Shown: in pieces, positions 63,540 through 64,000 of the stretch
Layout of the letters: every line of letters starts with the position of its first letter
Position numbering within the stretch: position 1 is the stretch's first letter
Assembly (NCBI GenBank): GCA_022813965.1
Contig: JALDZS010000009.1
Span: 124,001 to 188,000 of the forward strand
Length of the DNA: 64,000 nt
Origin: Toensbergia leucococca
Lineage: Eukaryota
Direction of reading: 5' to 3'
Position numbers and translations under genes: made by a program
Notes under the pieces: generated by a model
Database searches by the model: none
Seen by the model: only the letters and a program-made list of their open reading frames with translations
Told to the model about the DNA's origin: nothing

Positions 63540-64000
63540 GATCAGGAGCAGGAAGTGGCCAGAATAAGGAATGGGGATTAAAGATGGTGGTGGAGACGAG
63601 GTTATGGATGACCTAACTAATGCAGTCTTTTTGAGGATGACTTCCTGGCTTCCCAGCGGACCTCGGCCGTTCGGGCCGAAGATATTCTATTCTCTTCTAG
63701 ATAAATAGACGAGGAAGTTAAAAGCAGGAGTCGCACAGTTCTTTCACTCCTCAATTTGAATATGAGAGTTGATGTCGATGAATTGGGAAATGAATCCAGC
63801 ATCACTAGAGCTCATGGAGCACCGTATAAAGGTCACCATGCTGTCCCTTCCGGTGCATCATGCTCCAACCATCCTCCAACACTTCTCACACTGTCCAACA
63901 TCCTTGGCATTCGCCATTTAGGGCGGCGACTTCTTTTAGCGCTTCTTCGTAACCGAGTGGGACTAAGGATCCTGACCTCGAAACCACAACTTTCCTCTTC

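Noticed and set aside
63617..64000. Gene at the right edge of the window
   Set aside because: Open frames exist on both strands but none has a recognisable motif; cannot be called from this window.

Overview
Eukaryotic, intron-containing DNA from a filamentous ascomycete (Pezizomycotina), judged from GT-AG introns with CTRAC branch sites and the gene families present. No rRNA, tRNA or CRISPR array was seen. Recognisable genes: the C-terminal biotinyl domain of a carboxylase, a 14-TM MFS transporter, a probable Sus1/ENY2-like protein, CDC48, an AIG2/GGCT-like protein, a PEX11-family protein, an Mpv17/PMP22 protein, a Zn-alcohol dehydrogenase, a PQ-loop vacuolar transporter, an alpha/beta-hydrolase, a FUSC/ArAE-type membrane protein and three proteins with an F-box-like 'F.F..LP.E.R..IY' motif. 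Three things stand out. (1) An array at 44.6-52.6 kb of eight tiny intronless genes sharing a Cys/His pattern (C-x8-C-x-H-x8-C-x4/5-C-x13-CxxC or a reduced form of it). One copy is below the ORF-track cutoff, and one has apparently lost its start by two G>A changes. (2) A six-exon mosaic gene at 13.7-15.9 kb that splices in frame as HeLo-like N-terminus + truncated P-loop GTPase + polyketide-synthase KS fragment + membrane tail, head-to-head with a second mosaic (partial DUF6594). (3) Recurrent C/A-rich to G/T-rich strand-skew switch points that ignore gene orientation. All calls come from reading the sequence by eye; no database search was run.
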